A stretch of DNA of 63,962 nucleotides, filler included, from Chrysochromulina tobinii (Eukaryota), in the NCBI GenBank assembly GCA_001275005.1. It is 6 parts of 6 records of this genome, joined end to end, with 100 filler letters (N's around TTAATTAATTAA, not from the genome) between each part and the next. Parts side by side here need not be neighbours in the genome. Positions count along the whole stretch, not along the records: positions 40,792 to 54,098 come from JWZX01001118.1; 5 more parts are not named here. One strand, written 5' to 3'. The position numbers and the translations under genes are program-made. Shown here in pieces: positions 45,401 to 54,198 of the stretch. Each line of letters starts with the position of its first letter. Positions within the stretch are counted from its first letter, which is position 1. The notes below the pieces were generated by a model. It ran no database searches and was not told where the DNA came from. It saw only the letters and a list, made by a program, of their open reading frames with translations.

Positions 45401-48400
45401 AGCGCCTTCGTCACAATGTCCTTGATGTCGAGTTCCTCGTCGAGCACCTTCTCGTCTGCTTCGTTCAGATGGAGGGTCACAGACTCTTGCAGCTCATAGA
45501 GAGCGTCGACACATTCGCGCTCAACGCTCTCAAGAATCTCGTCGGACGACGTTGCATCGGCCTCAGCCCCATGGGCCGCGATCGCCGCCTGCTCTAGCTG
45601 CTCGCACAGCCGGCTGTCCTCGCGATCGATCACATTCTGCAAGTGCTGCAGTGCGCTGATGGCGCCACGGACAAAGAGGTTACGCTTCGCGTCGAGAAAG
45701 CCGGGGGAGATATCCATTGCATTGAGCTCTGCGACGACCGAGCGGAGGATGGTCGCAAACAGCCGAAGCGATGGGAAGTGACCGCCCTTGTCAGCCGGCC
45801 GTCCGAGGCATACTTGGATGAACATCATCAACGTCCAAATGGCCTTGAAGAGCTTCGAAGCATCGTCGTGAACCTCGATCTTGGCATCGTTCTGTGCGAT
45901 GTCGTGATTCTGGACGAGGTCGTAGCAGCTGAAGACCGCGCCCTCACCTCTGCCGTCGGCATCGAAGATCGCCGACTGCATGGCACGCATCCAGCCGAGC
46001 GCCAGCGCGTCGAGACCGTCGGATCGAACGCACCGTGATGCGCCGCTCTCGAGCAGCACTTCGACGCAAGCGACGTCGCCGCGCTTGCATGCGAGCATGA
46101 GCGGCGTCTCACCGTCCCTGCCAGCTTGATCGAGGTGCGGATCGCGCTCGAGCAGGCTGCGCGCGCACTCGATCACACGTCGCAGCGCATTGAGCCGGCC
46201 GTAGCGTGCAAGCACGCAAAAGAGCGTGTCTTCGGGCTCGCCGTACTCGTCGGAGAGTGGGCCTTCGACGAACACGTGGAAGCCTTCTGGACGCAGCCTG
46301 TAGAGCTGTGCGATCTCATCGGCGAGACGGCTCACGTGCGGCTCGACGTCGAGGACGGTTTGCTTGAGCGCCGAGATCATGTCCTTGAGAGCCATGGCAT
46401 TGATCAGCACGGCGGACCTCGCGTCCATGTCATCCTCATCGATCGACGAGGGCGACGAGGGCGGCGAGGGCGACGTCGCGGTCCGTGCCCTCGAAGTTGG
46501 CGACGACGGCTCGGCCGATCGCGTGCGTACCGAGGGGAAGGTGCGAAACTTCTTCGGCGGCGTCGAGAACTGTGCAAGCGCGCTCGAGGTGAGTGCGCTC
46601 TGGTCGAGCGCGCATTGCAGGAGCTTCTTCGTATCTGGGAGTGCCTCGAGCGAAGGCGACGACGAACGCGTGGGTGTTGGCTTCTTCACACGCTTTGGCA
46701 CTAGCTTGAGCGGCGCCTTGGGAATCGCGGAGATCGCACCTGCGTCGATGCTGTGGTCGCCGACGCGCGCGCTCGGCTCGGGCGGCGAGGACATCGAGAA
46801 CGAGAAGGTGGCATCGGGTGGTGTGAAGGTGAAGCTCTGCGCAAGCGGCGGCACCACCCCAACTCCGAGCGACTTGAGCCCAGCTTGAATGGCCGCGATG
46901 GGCACGGCGGAGAGCGGCACGTGCGTCGGCTCGGCACCCTCGGCCACTCCCTCCACCTTCGTCACCGCCTGCTCGCCCTCGACGTCACTGTCGACTTCAG
47001 TGGATTCGCCCGCGTTCACGGAGCCGGCCTCGTCGTGGTCCTCGAGCTCGATGGTCTTGTTGTCATCGTCGGCGTTCGCATCTCCGCCCTCGATCGGCGC
47101 CTGCTCGGCCGTCTCCTGCGCCGGTTTCGTCATCGGGCTCGCCGCCGGCTCCTCCAACTCCTCCACGACGTCCTCCATCTCCTCCACAGCGTCCTCCGGC
47201 TCCGCCTCCTCCGTCCGTTGCGAGGCTGCTTGCTCCTCCGCTTCCACGTCCTCGCCAGCGTCGGCCGTCTCCTCCTTCGCCTCCATCATGGTGAGCTTGC
47301 ACAGCACCTTTGCGGGAATGCCACTGACCGTCAGGGAGTACGCAGCGAGGCCCTCCGTCGTCCTGTCTTCAGGGCGGAACGAAGCGAGCGTCGCACCGGG
47401 CGCGACGATGCCGAAGGCGTCCGTCGAGAAGGAGAGCAGCTCCTCGGGAAGGCCCGATTTGCGCGCGAGCGCCGTGAGCACCTCGTCGAGCGGTCGGCTC
47501 TTCGGCCAGTAGAGGAGCAGTGCGTCCGATTCGATGGGAGGACGGCCATCGGCATTGGCCGTCGGCCAGACAGCAAGCACCACGGTCTCCATCGCGAGCA
47601 CCACGGAGCCGTTGCGTAGCTTCAGGGACGCGGGCGTGGAGTCCGGCTGGATGAGCTCGCCCTGCTCCGTGTGCAGTTCGACGCGGGCGACGTGGCGCGA
47701 TCGGCAGAACTCGGCTTGGAGGAGTTCCATCGGCGCATACACGAACAGCATGAAGCGCAAGACCTCATCGTCGTCGTCGATGACGGTCAGCTTGACGAAG
47801 TACGAGCGATGGAGATGAACATGGCCGCAGCCCGCGCAGCTCATCTCGTGGCGGCCCACGTACGCGCACCCCACGTACTTGTCGGGCTCCGGAGGTTGGC
47901 ACGTGGCAAGTGCCGTGCTCGAGGGGGGGACGTTCGAGGCGCTCGACGCGGACATCTGAACCACGGAACGCGCGTCAGCAGCGGGCGCGCCGTCGTCACC
48001 GTTGGAGATCTTCACGTCGTCGGACGGCGCGCCCGCGTCGGTCGGCATCGCCTGCTTGATCACGAGCATGCGTTGCGTCATCACGCCCTTGATGAGGTCC
48101 AAGACCGCCAAGACTTGGTCCAAGGACTCGTCCGGCTTGCTGAAGTTCTCGTGCGCGAGGAGCCTCTTGATGAGGAGGAACGCGGTGCTGGCGTGCCGCA
48201 CGAGCGTCGAGAGCGAGCACCCCTCGAGGACTACCGTCAGCGGCGCGAGGCACCACTGAAGTAGGGTACGAGTGGCCACCACACGCATCGGCTCGGGGAG
48301 GATGGCCTTGCGCATCTTCGACAGCATGGGCAGGCTCCCCTTGCGCTCGTTGATCGCGACGGCGGCCCAGGAGATGAGACCGGCGAAGTTGAGCATGTGC

Positions 48401-48705
48401 TCGTCGTCCAAGGGCTCGTCGTGCTGGCCGATCATGAGGCCCACGAGCGTACATTGCAGCCCGGCCGGGAGCTCGGGCGTGTTTTTGAGGAGCAGGGCGT
48501 TTACATCGCTGATGCCGCCGATCATGGCGGCCAGGGCGATCTTCGCACCCACATCGATGGGCGGCGGCGGGATGCCGGTGGGTACTCCGCTCACCACTGC
48601 AAAGATCCGACGCAGCTCACGGAGCTGGCGGCGCTTCTGATGATCTTGCGACTCGCGGTCCGCAGTGCCAGTGGCTGTGCACGCAGACTCGGGAGAAGTC
48701 GGCAT
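42421..48705 (-). CDS. Multidomain protein with ubiquitin/SUMO-like region, ankyrin repeats, coiled coil, 8 Sel1-like repeats and a C-terminal RING finger (probable E3 ligase)
   Basis: Ubl-like GELIQPDSTPASLKLRNGSVV; ankyrin GETPLMLACKRGDVACVEVLLESGA; AQxxLGxMHxxGxGVAQDDKRAAxLFxLAADQG x8; RING CIVC...VPCGHQLACERC...CPYCR. First ATG at 48705 (the track starts at GTG 48744). Confidence 0.88.
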   Translation of the reverse strand: MPTSPESACTATGTADRESQDHQKRRQLRELRRIFAVVSGVPTGIPPPPIDVGAKIALAAMIGGISDVNALLLKNTPELPAGLQCTLVGLMIGQHDEPLDDEHMLNFAGLISWAAVAINERKGSLPMLSKMRKAILPEPMRVVATRTLLQWCLAPLTVVLEGCSLSTLVRHASTAFLLIKRLLAHENFSKPDESLDQVLAVLDLIKGVMTQRMLVIKQAMPTDAGAPSDDVKISNGDDGAPAADARSVVQMSASSASNVPPSSTALATCQPPEPDKYVGCAYVGRHEMSCAGCGHVHLHRSYFVKLTVIDDDDEVLRFMLFVYAPMELLQAEFCRSRHVARVELHTEQGELIQPDSTPASLKLRNGSVVLAMETVVLAVWPTANADGRPPIESDALLLYWPKSRPLDEVLTALARKSGLPEELLSFSTDAFGIVAPGATLASFRPEDRTTEGLAAYSLTVSGIPAKVLCKLTMMEAKEETADAGEDVEAEEQAASQRTEEAEPEDAVEEMEDVVEELEEPAASPMTKPAQETAEQAPIEGGDANADDDNKTIELEDHDEAGSVNAGESTEVDSDVEGEQAVTKVEGVAEGAEPTHVPLSAVPIAAIQAGLKSLGVGVVPPLAQSFTFTPPDATFSFSMSSPPEPSARVGDHSIDAGAISAIPKAPLKLVPKRVKKPTPTRSSSPSLEALPDTKKLLQCALDQSALTSSALAQFSTPPKKFRTFPSVRTRSAEPSSPTSRARTATSPSPPSSPSSIDEDDMDARSAVLINAMALKDMISALKQTVLDVEPHVSRLADEIAQLYRLRPEGFHVFVEGPLSDEYGEPEDTLFCVLARYGRLNALRRVIECARSLLERDPHLDQAGRDGETPLMLACKRGDVACVEVLLESGASRCVRSDGLDALALGWMRAMQSAIFDADGRGEGAVFSCYDLVQNHDIAQNDAKIEVHDDASKLFKAIWTLMMFIQVCLGRPADKGGHFPSLRLFATILRSVVAELNAMDISPGFLDAKRNLFVRGAISALQHLQNVIDREDSRLCEQLEQAAIAAHGAEADATSSDEILESVERECVDALYELQESVTLHLNEADEKVLDEELDIKDIVTKALTQHVEFSEEQVRVQEEAVSAVEGIKKVREIRRQAQAREVNRREREERRRVQQALEVEAREKERRVKAEAEAARAQSEQAAELAAAALLAEEEAEGAHKQQPQKKIASMKIEAEQAGASEARAPVASASAAASGLAEADNEVLAAAGDEGVMGPAPSAAADVALRVAMAAAQYEGLIGAIEEHQALASEGVLAEAMAMHERLHKKRKQERSHSRCKRSRASQKLRRKHAAEMEMQASLSRLSLQEVTQSPPAAGSASTEAAPASEVIEAEKVVEATVAAAAAVAEAAAAEMAAAEMAAATAAAAAEQATKEAEKAAVRVAALKAAKAEATRAARAQAEAEVIRQGAEAERAQAERAEAEREEAERVEAERAEAERAAKLFSLAVDQGDAAAQCGLGAMYLVGRGVAQDDKRAAALFKLAADKGDAVAQYALGLMHRDGRGVAQDDKRAVALFQLAADKGDAAAQGYLGMMHYEGRGVAQDDKRAAALFKLAADQGYAAAQCSLGLMHRDGRGVAQDDKRAAALFKLAADQGNASAQGALGAMHRDGCGVAQDDKRAAELFQLAADQGDAAAQHELGVMHHEGLGVAQDDKRAAALFKLAADQGDASAQCALGGMHREGLGVAQDDKRAAALFQLAADQGYAPAQCSLGDMHREGRGVAQDDKRAAELFKLAADQGDAWALCQLGFIAATQHIASSCAAAASSAGVTSVVAGGARGSLSREDEQARADAMMARLIAEEEARAKAEAAKASKKAKKKAKKGRAATTAAGEAGIGLSASQSEPTEAELVAEEKIEEPAAEELAMAAPAPASEAVEAEEDVEATAAAVAAAAEAAAATAAEAAAATEAEREEAEREEAERAEVERATALAVAENAGRGGRGGRGGRGGRGGRGPTTVHPPPPAPAPPTAPALAAGLMPAERHLTLADVGNITGRVLDEAPESSIGGQTTCIVCMVGPKSHLAVPCGHQLACERCTAKMKICPYCREPVQFWLLQRLV

Positions 48706-48958
48706 GGCGGGAGACGCCCTCGCCTTGGCCTTGCGCGAGCCCACCTTGGGCTTCGTGGTGGCGCCTTAGGCTCGTGCACGTCCGCGCGCGCGCACGGGCT
48801 TCCCGCTTGGACGTCTTCGACTACATAATGATGACGCGCAATCAACCTTAAACGCATGAAGGGGCGGGACAATTACGAAAGCCCCTGGTCTTGTGTGTGT
48901 ACCACACGTGCAACTCATGTTGTCGGTTCACTGTGAATACGTCCAGGAACGGAAATCA

Positions 48959-49900
48959 ATGTCTTCAATCACTACGACCGTCCGGAGCGTGGCTGCTTCA
49001 ACGCTCATCCAATCGACGGCACGATGCAGGTGCTGCCGCCGGCGCTACGTGGTGCACCAGCTCCGCCGGCGTGCAGCGGCGCGCCGACTCGCACACGTGT
49101 GGTGGCTTGTTCGATCTCAGAGATCTGAGCGTCGGGCGGCGACCATGATCCAACGCATCCAGCGTGGCCGGAGCGACAGGCTCGCGGCGCGTGAGCGAAC
49201 CTTCGACGATGATAGCCACTCGGACATGGACGTGTGCTTTCAGACCGTGCCAAACACGGTGGCGTTCCACGGCATCCTGGAGACTGAGCCGCACGTGACG
49301 GTGATCGACGGCTTTCTCGCGCCGCTCGAGTGCAGCGAGTTGATCGCGAAGGCCTCCTTGCAGCGACGCTCGGGCGTGAGCAACGATCTTGGCACCGGTT
49401 CGGAGAGCAAAGGACGTAGCAGCTCGACGGCGCTGCGCACGCCCGGCCTCGTGCGCGCCCTCGCGCCACTGCGCCAGCGGCTGACCGAGCTCCTCGGCGT
49501 GCCCGAGGCGCGGCTCGAGGGGTCGATGGTGCTGTGCTACGAGGTGGGCGGCGCGTACCGCTGGCACTTTGATGCCTTCAACCTGTCGTCCGTGCGCGGT
49601 GCCTCGAACACGGCGGCGAGGCACGGCGGCCAGCGCCTGCTCACGTCGATCGCGTACTTGAACGACGTGCCCGAGGGTGGCGAGACCGCCTTTTTCCACG
49701 CGCGGCGCGCGATCGCGCCCAAGGCCGGCCGGCTGCTCGTGTTTCGTAACGCGGTGCCGCGCACGGCGCCCGACGGCCGCACGAGGTTTGAGGTCGACCG
49801 GCGCAGCCTTCACGCGGGGCTGCCCGTCAGGGCGGGAACCAAGTGGATTGTGACCACCTTTGTGAGGGAGCGGCCACGCGGGATGGAAGAGGAACCCTAG
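48959..49900 (+). CDS. Prolyl 4-hydroxylase-like 2OG-Fe(II) dioxygenase with N-terminal IQ-like motifs
   Basis: YRWHFDAF (HxD), GGQRLLTSIAYLNDVPEGGETAF, RSLHAGLPVRAGTKW. N-terminal LIQSTARCRCCRR and MIQRIQRGRSDR. Confidence 0.85.
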   Translation: MSSITTTVRSVAASTLIQSTARCRCCRRRYVVHQLRRRAAARRLAHVWWLVRSQRSERRAATMIQRIQRGRSDRLAARERTFDDDSHSDMDVCFQTVPNTVAFHGILETEPHVTVIDGFLAPLECSELIAKASLQRRSGVSNDLGTGSESKGRSSSTALRTPGLVRALAPLRQRLTELLGVPEARLEGSMVLCYEVGGAYRWHFDAFNLSSVRGASNTAARHGGQRLLTSIAYLNDVPEGGETAFFHARRAIAPKAGRLLVFRNAVPRTAPDGRTRFEVDRRSLHAGLPVRAGTKWIVTTFVRERPRGMEEEP

Positions 49901-50320
49901 CGATGGCATTAGGACCAAGGATAGACCCATAGCGGACACTGTTATAGCGCGGGTGCGGGCAAGGAAAGCGACATCCGACAAAGCATCCGATCCGGGTATA
50001 CCGTACAAGCAATGAGTGTACCTCAAGGCGTGTACCAGTACACGGCAGAAATCGAATCAGAATCGAAAGTGGAATGAATCGAATGTTGCCGCCGCGCCAC
50101 TATTTTTTTACGTAAGGTGTCGTGTTTCCCCGGGGTACGCTTCCCCGCGCGAGGTAAAGTCGAATTTTGAGGGACCGATGGTGCATCACGTCAAGCTGTT
50201 GCAGGCATGCTCGGCTGAGGCTGCACTGAGGATCGATCTGCGGACTGCGCCCGACCCTGAGCCACACACAAAAGAGTCTCATTTCTGAATTCACTAGGCG
50301 CACGTTGTCCGTTCAGAGCC

Positions 50321-52309
50321 TCAGAGGAGCTCGCTGCATGCACAGGCCCAGGCCCCGTCCATGGCGAGATCGTCGCCCTCGACCGTCACCACGTACAGCG
50401 GGCAGCCGCTGTACGCTGCAACGCTGCGCCCCTTGCCCAAATACGCGCTGCGCAGCCGTTCGCAGAACGCGCCGCGGCCCATCGCCCGATCCGCGGGAAG
50501 CGCCGTGTCGGGCGTGAGCATATGGGCGAGCTTGGCGGCGACTCCGCCGGCGATGAAGACTCCGCCGTGCGCCTGCACGCGCAGCGCGAGGTTCGCAGCC
50601 TCGGCGCCGAGCGCGTCGACGAACATCTGCATGGCCGCCGTGCACGGGGGGTCTGCGGGGCGGGCGTCGGCTGGCACGCTGAGCGCGGCGATCACCGCGG
50701 ATGGATCGGCGGCATCGCGGACGGCGGCATCCGCTGCGCTCTCTGGGATCAGCTCGGCCGTTGCATCGCGCCGCACTCTCACAAAGTCGTACGCTCGCTT
50801 GATGCCGCTGCCCGAGACCACATGCTCCACCTTGACGTGACTCGTCGCAAGGGCCGCCCCGATGTGCGCCCGCAGCGCCCACTCCTCGGGCGTGCGCGCG
50901 ACAAAGTCGGACTCGCCCCCTTCGGATGGGCACACGACCATGGGCGCGCCGGGTGCCGGGAAGACTCCAAACACTTGGCCGAGTCCGGTGCCCGGGCCGA
51001 GGCATGCAATCGGCCGGCCGGGGATCGGCGAGCCGGCGTGCACGATCCGTCGATGCGATGGGGGCACGTGCGGCAAGGCAAGGCCCACGGCGACGAAGTC
51101 GTTCAGGAGACGGAGCCGGTCGGGGCTCAGGCCGAGGCTCGTCGCCAGATCGGTCTCCTCGAGACGCCAGCCGTTTGGACCAAACGTTTCGTTTTGGCAG
51201 ATGGCGACTCCGCCCACCACCGGTCCGCACACGGAAATGGCAGCGGCCTCGATCGCGCCTGCGGAGACGGCGCCCGCCTGTACCGCCTCCGCTTGGAAGA
51301 CTGCGAGCGCCTCGCGCAGGTGGCCAAAGTCCGCCGTGCGATAGCGGGCGATGAAGCGAGTCTTGTCGGGTCGCGAGCCCCGCGCCGCTCCCGACGACGG
51401 GTAGAGGGCCAATCGGATGTTGGTCCCCCCGAGGTCACCGATCAGGATGAGCGCCTCCGTCTCGGCCGCTGCGGCGGCGGCTGTGTCGCTCGTCGTCGGC
51501 GGCGTCCTCGTCGGCTGCAGCGCGCGCACGACCGCCGCCACGCGTGCCACATCGGTGCACCGCGTCTCGAATTCGGTCGTCGGCCCGTTGAGCTTCGGGG
51601 CGCCCATCGCGATCGGGATGGCTGGCCGGTAGGCCATGGCGGAGTAGAGCGTCGCACGGAGGGATCCGTGGAGCTCGTCGGCGCCAGAGGCGGCGGCGAG
51701 TTCGGACGCGTTGAACTCGGTCACGCCGCCGCCGGCGGCGATGGTCAGGCGACCGGCCGCTGCCGCGACCATGAGGCGCAGCATCGGCGCGCCCTCGAGC
51801 GCCTCGGGCCGACCACCTGAGCTGAGCACGCGATGGACGCCGCAGCGCACGCACACGTGCACTGCCTCGCACGGGTCGCGACTGACGTCGATGGCACGGT
51901 GGAAGGTGACCGGCAGCGGCGCCGCGAGGGCGACGAGCTCTATCAGGAACGGCTCGTCGACCGCGCCGTCGGGCAGCAGGCAGCCGACGACGACGCCGTG
52001 CACGCCCGCTTCCTTGAGCGCCTCAATCTCGGCGCGCATCACCTCGCGCTCGCCCTCGTCGTACAAAAAGTCGCCGCCCCGGGGGCGCACCATGGCGTGC
52101 AGCGGCAGCGCGACCCTTGCGAGCAGCGCGCGCACGAGGCCGAGGCTGGGCGTCGTGCCGCCGTCGACGAGGTTGGCGCACACCTCGAGGCGCGCAGCGC
52201 CGCCCTGCTCGGCCGCCACGGCCGACGCGAGCGAGTCGACGCACACCTCGAGGGGAATGGGACGCCGCGGAGCGACGCCGGGCGAGGCCGCCGTCGCCAT
52301 TCGCGGCAT
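50321..52309 (-). CDS. CutC-family TIM barrel fused to a bacterial-type glucokinase (Glk)
   Basis: N-terminal LEVCVDS...GGAARLEVC...GGTTPS...MVRPRGGDFLY...TFHRAID...RVLSSGG (CutC). C-terminal LIGDLGGTNIRL...GPV...LLNDF...GPGTGLG...SEGG...EHVVSGSG...GGVFIAGGV (Glk). One uninterrupted frame. Confidence 0.92.
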   Translation of the reverse strand: MPRMATAASPGVAPRRPIPLEVCVDSLASAVAAEQGGAARLEVCANLVDGGTTPSLGLVRALLARVALPLHAMVRPRGGDFLYDEGEREVMRAEIEALKEAGVHGVVVGCLLPDGAVDEPFLIELVALAAPLPVTFHRAIDVSRDPCEAVHVCVRCGVHRVLSSGGRPEALEGAPMLRLMVAAAAGRLTIAAGGGVTEFNASELAAASGADELHGSLRATLYSAMAYRPAIPIAMGAPKLNGPTTEFETRCTDVARVAAVVRALQPTRTPPTTSDTAAAAAAETEALILIGDLGGTNIRLALYPSSGAARGSRPDKTRFIARYRTADFGHLREALAVFQAEAVQAGAVSAGAIEAAAISVCGPVVGGVAICQNETFGPNGWRLEETDLATSLGLSPDRLRLLNDFVAVGLALPHVPPSHRRIVHAGSPIPGRPIACLGPGTGLGQVFGVFPAPGAPMVVCPSEGGESDFVARTPEEWALRAHIGAALATSHVKVEHVVSGSGIKRAYDFVRVRRDATAELIPESAADAAVRDAADPSAVIAALSVPADARPADPPCTAAMQMFVDALGAEAANLALRVQAHGGVFIAGGVAAKLAHMLTPDTALPADRAMGRGAFCERLRSAYLGKGRSVAAYSGCPLYVVTVEGDDLAMDGAWACACSELL

Positions 52310-53672
52310 GGTGTTCACACGTGCACATTGCGCGAAAGTGTGCAAGTCACGTCAAGTCAACTAACAACTATGGACTTCTTGATAATTCCAAGTAGCCCAC
52401 CCCAGTAAGTAACGCGCACCTCTGGGGAGGTTCAAGACCCCTAGCAAGTAACGACTTTATTCAAAAAGCCGTTCACGTTCTCACGTTATCCGATAAAATG
52501 CCCACTCGGCAAGACGCATCATCACAGGTCCCGTGGAGACACAGCGTGGAGGGCGTAGACTACTTTTCAAAAAGCCGAGTACTTGACTTGACAAAAAGCC
52601 GAACTTGAGAGACCAAAGTCCAGACCGATCGCCTCTATCTGTACAGTCAGTGTGCTCAGTCAGTTCAGTTGAGAATAAAGACGATCGGGAACCCCCCAAT
52701 GGCAATGCCCAACGAAGGCTCGCCGCTCAAGCGCTTGCACATCACGCTCGCCGAGCTGAAGCTGAAGCCCATCGCCAACCTTGTGCCCAAAGTAGTAGCC
52801 GACGGCCTTCGGCCGCCGCCGCCGCGCCTGCAGGCCACCATGGCAGTGGGCTCGTTGAGAAAGGCCGCGGGGGTGCTGTCGCCCGCGCTGTCCGCGTATG
52901 CGCAGCGCTCGTCATCCGGGTTGCACCACATGACGGGGGTGTCAGTACTGTCAGCAGACGCGCCCCGTTGGCGCGCCCCCCGAAGGGAACGCAAAGAAGC
53001 CATTCGACGCCGCCGTCGCGTGACGACGACGGTGTCGAGTAACGACGCTGCCGTGGCGACCGGCAGCTTGCCCGCCGCCTGATTGCTGCCTGCCGCCATC
53101 TGCGCGGTCGTGCCAAGCATGGAAAATGGCGCGTGACCCAGCATGGTGACGACGCGCCCGACACGAAGACAGCGGCCCCCCAGCGGACAGAGGCCCCCAG
53201 CAGATGAGCAGCTCGCTCGTCGAGCACATCAAGCGCCTGCGGCGGGCGCAGGAACATAGGAGTCAGCCCGAGCGCAGATATTCGCAGTGCGCGTCATGTT
53301 TTCGGTGTGCCACTGCGCGTCCGACTGACAGTGAACACCGCACACAGATCGAAGCGCCAGCTCGACTGAGCCGGCCGCGTGCCAGGCGAGAAGATCTGCC
53401 GGTGACGAACGCGCGCGCTCTGGTTCCAGAGGAGCAGGGCCACCATGGGCAGTTTTCTAAGAAGTTCTCGCACGACGGTCGGGGGGGCTCGATCGTCCCT
53501 GAGGAGGTTTCGCATTACCCCGGCTACGATTTTCGGGTGGGCCCCTGGTGCTCCCGCGATGTCGGCCCGATTCGGCCCGGGTGTCGCGACGGGTGCCCGC
53601 ACGGGCGCGACGTTCCGTAACTATTAATGCTTATATTGGTCACACTTTCCCCTATCTGGGATGATGAAAAGC

Positions 53673-53764
53673 AGCGGTGTGGCGCAGTGGATAGCGTGCT
53701 GGGCCCATAACTCGAATTCGGGGGGTTTACCCAGAGGTCGAAGGATCGAGACCTTCCACCGCTA
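53673..53764 (+). tRNA. Initiator tRNA-Met (CAT) with a 19-nt intron (53710-53728)
   Basis: Acceptor stem AGCGGTG/CACCGCT (A1:U72), GGG/CCC anticodon-stem pairs, T-loop ATCGAGA (A54, A60), CAT at 53706-53708, intron at the canonical 37/38 position, TTTT downstream. Confidence 0.93.
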
Positions 53765-53978
53765 TTAGTTGTTTTGAAACCAGACCGGTCTCAAGCTTAG
53801 GCAACACTTTGGGAATAGTCGCCTATTAGTTGTTTTGAAACCAGAATAGCTGTTTTGAAACCAGACCGGTCTCAAGCTTAGGCAACACTTTGGGAATAGG
53901 CTGAATGTCGCCTATTAGTTGTTTTGAAACCAGACCGGTCTCAAGCTAAGGCAACACTTTGGGAATAGGCTGAATAGG
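53762..53978. repeat. Tandem repeat of about 60-70 nt at the tRNA 3' trailer
   Basis: Three full copies and one partial copy of CTATTAGTTGTTTTGAAACCAGACCGGTCTCAAGCTTAGGCAACACTTTGGGAATAG. Confidence 0.9.
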
Positions 53979-54098
53979 CGCGACGAGAATGAGGAGGGCG
54001 TTGGGGTGCAGCAAGGGTAGTCGACGGGGGTGTAACGGCGACGGGGGTGCTCTCGCGTCAGCGGGGCAACTTGATTACCATCGTTAGTACGCGTTAGT

Positions 54099-54198
54099 NN
54101 NNNNNNNNNNNNNNNNNNNNNNNNNNNNNNNNNNNNNNNNNNTTAATTAATTAANNNNNNNNNNNNNNNNNNNNNNNNNNNNNNNNNNNNNNNNNNNN
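54099..54198. other. Artificial contig linker
   Basis: N44-TTAATTAATTAA-N44. Confidence 0.97.

Noticed and set aside
52605..53627. Short ORFs on both strands between the CutC-Glk gene and the tRNA
   Set aside because: No recognisable motifs and no consistent gene model.
53762..53978. CRISPR-like look of the GTTTTGAAAC repeats
   Set aside because: The intervening sequences are identical rather than unique spacers, there are no cas genes, and the context is eukaryotic. It is a simple tandem repeat.
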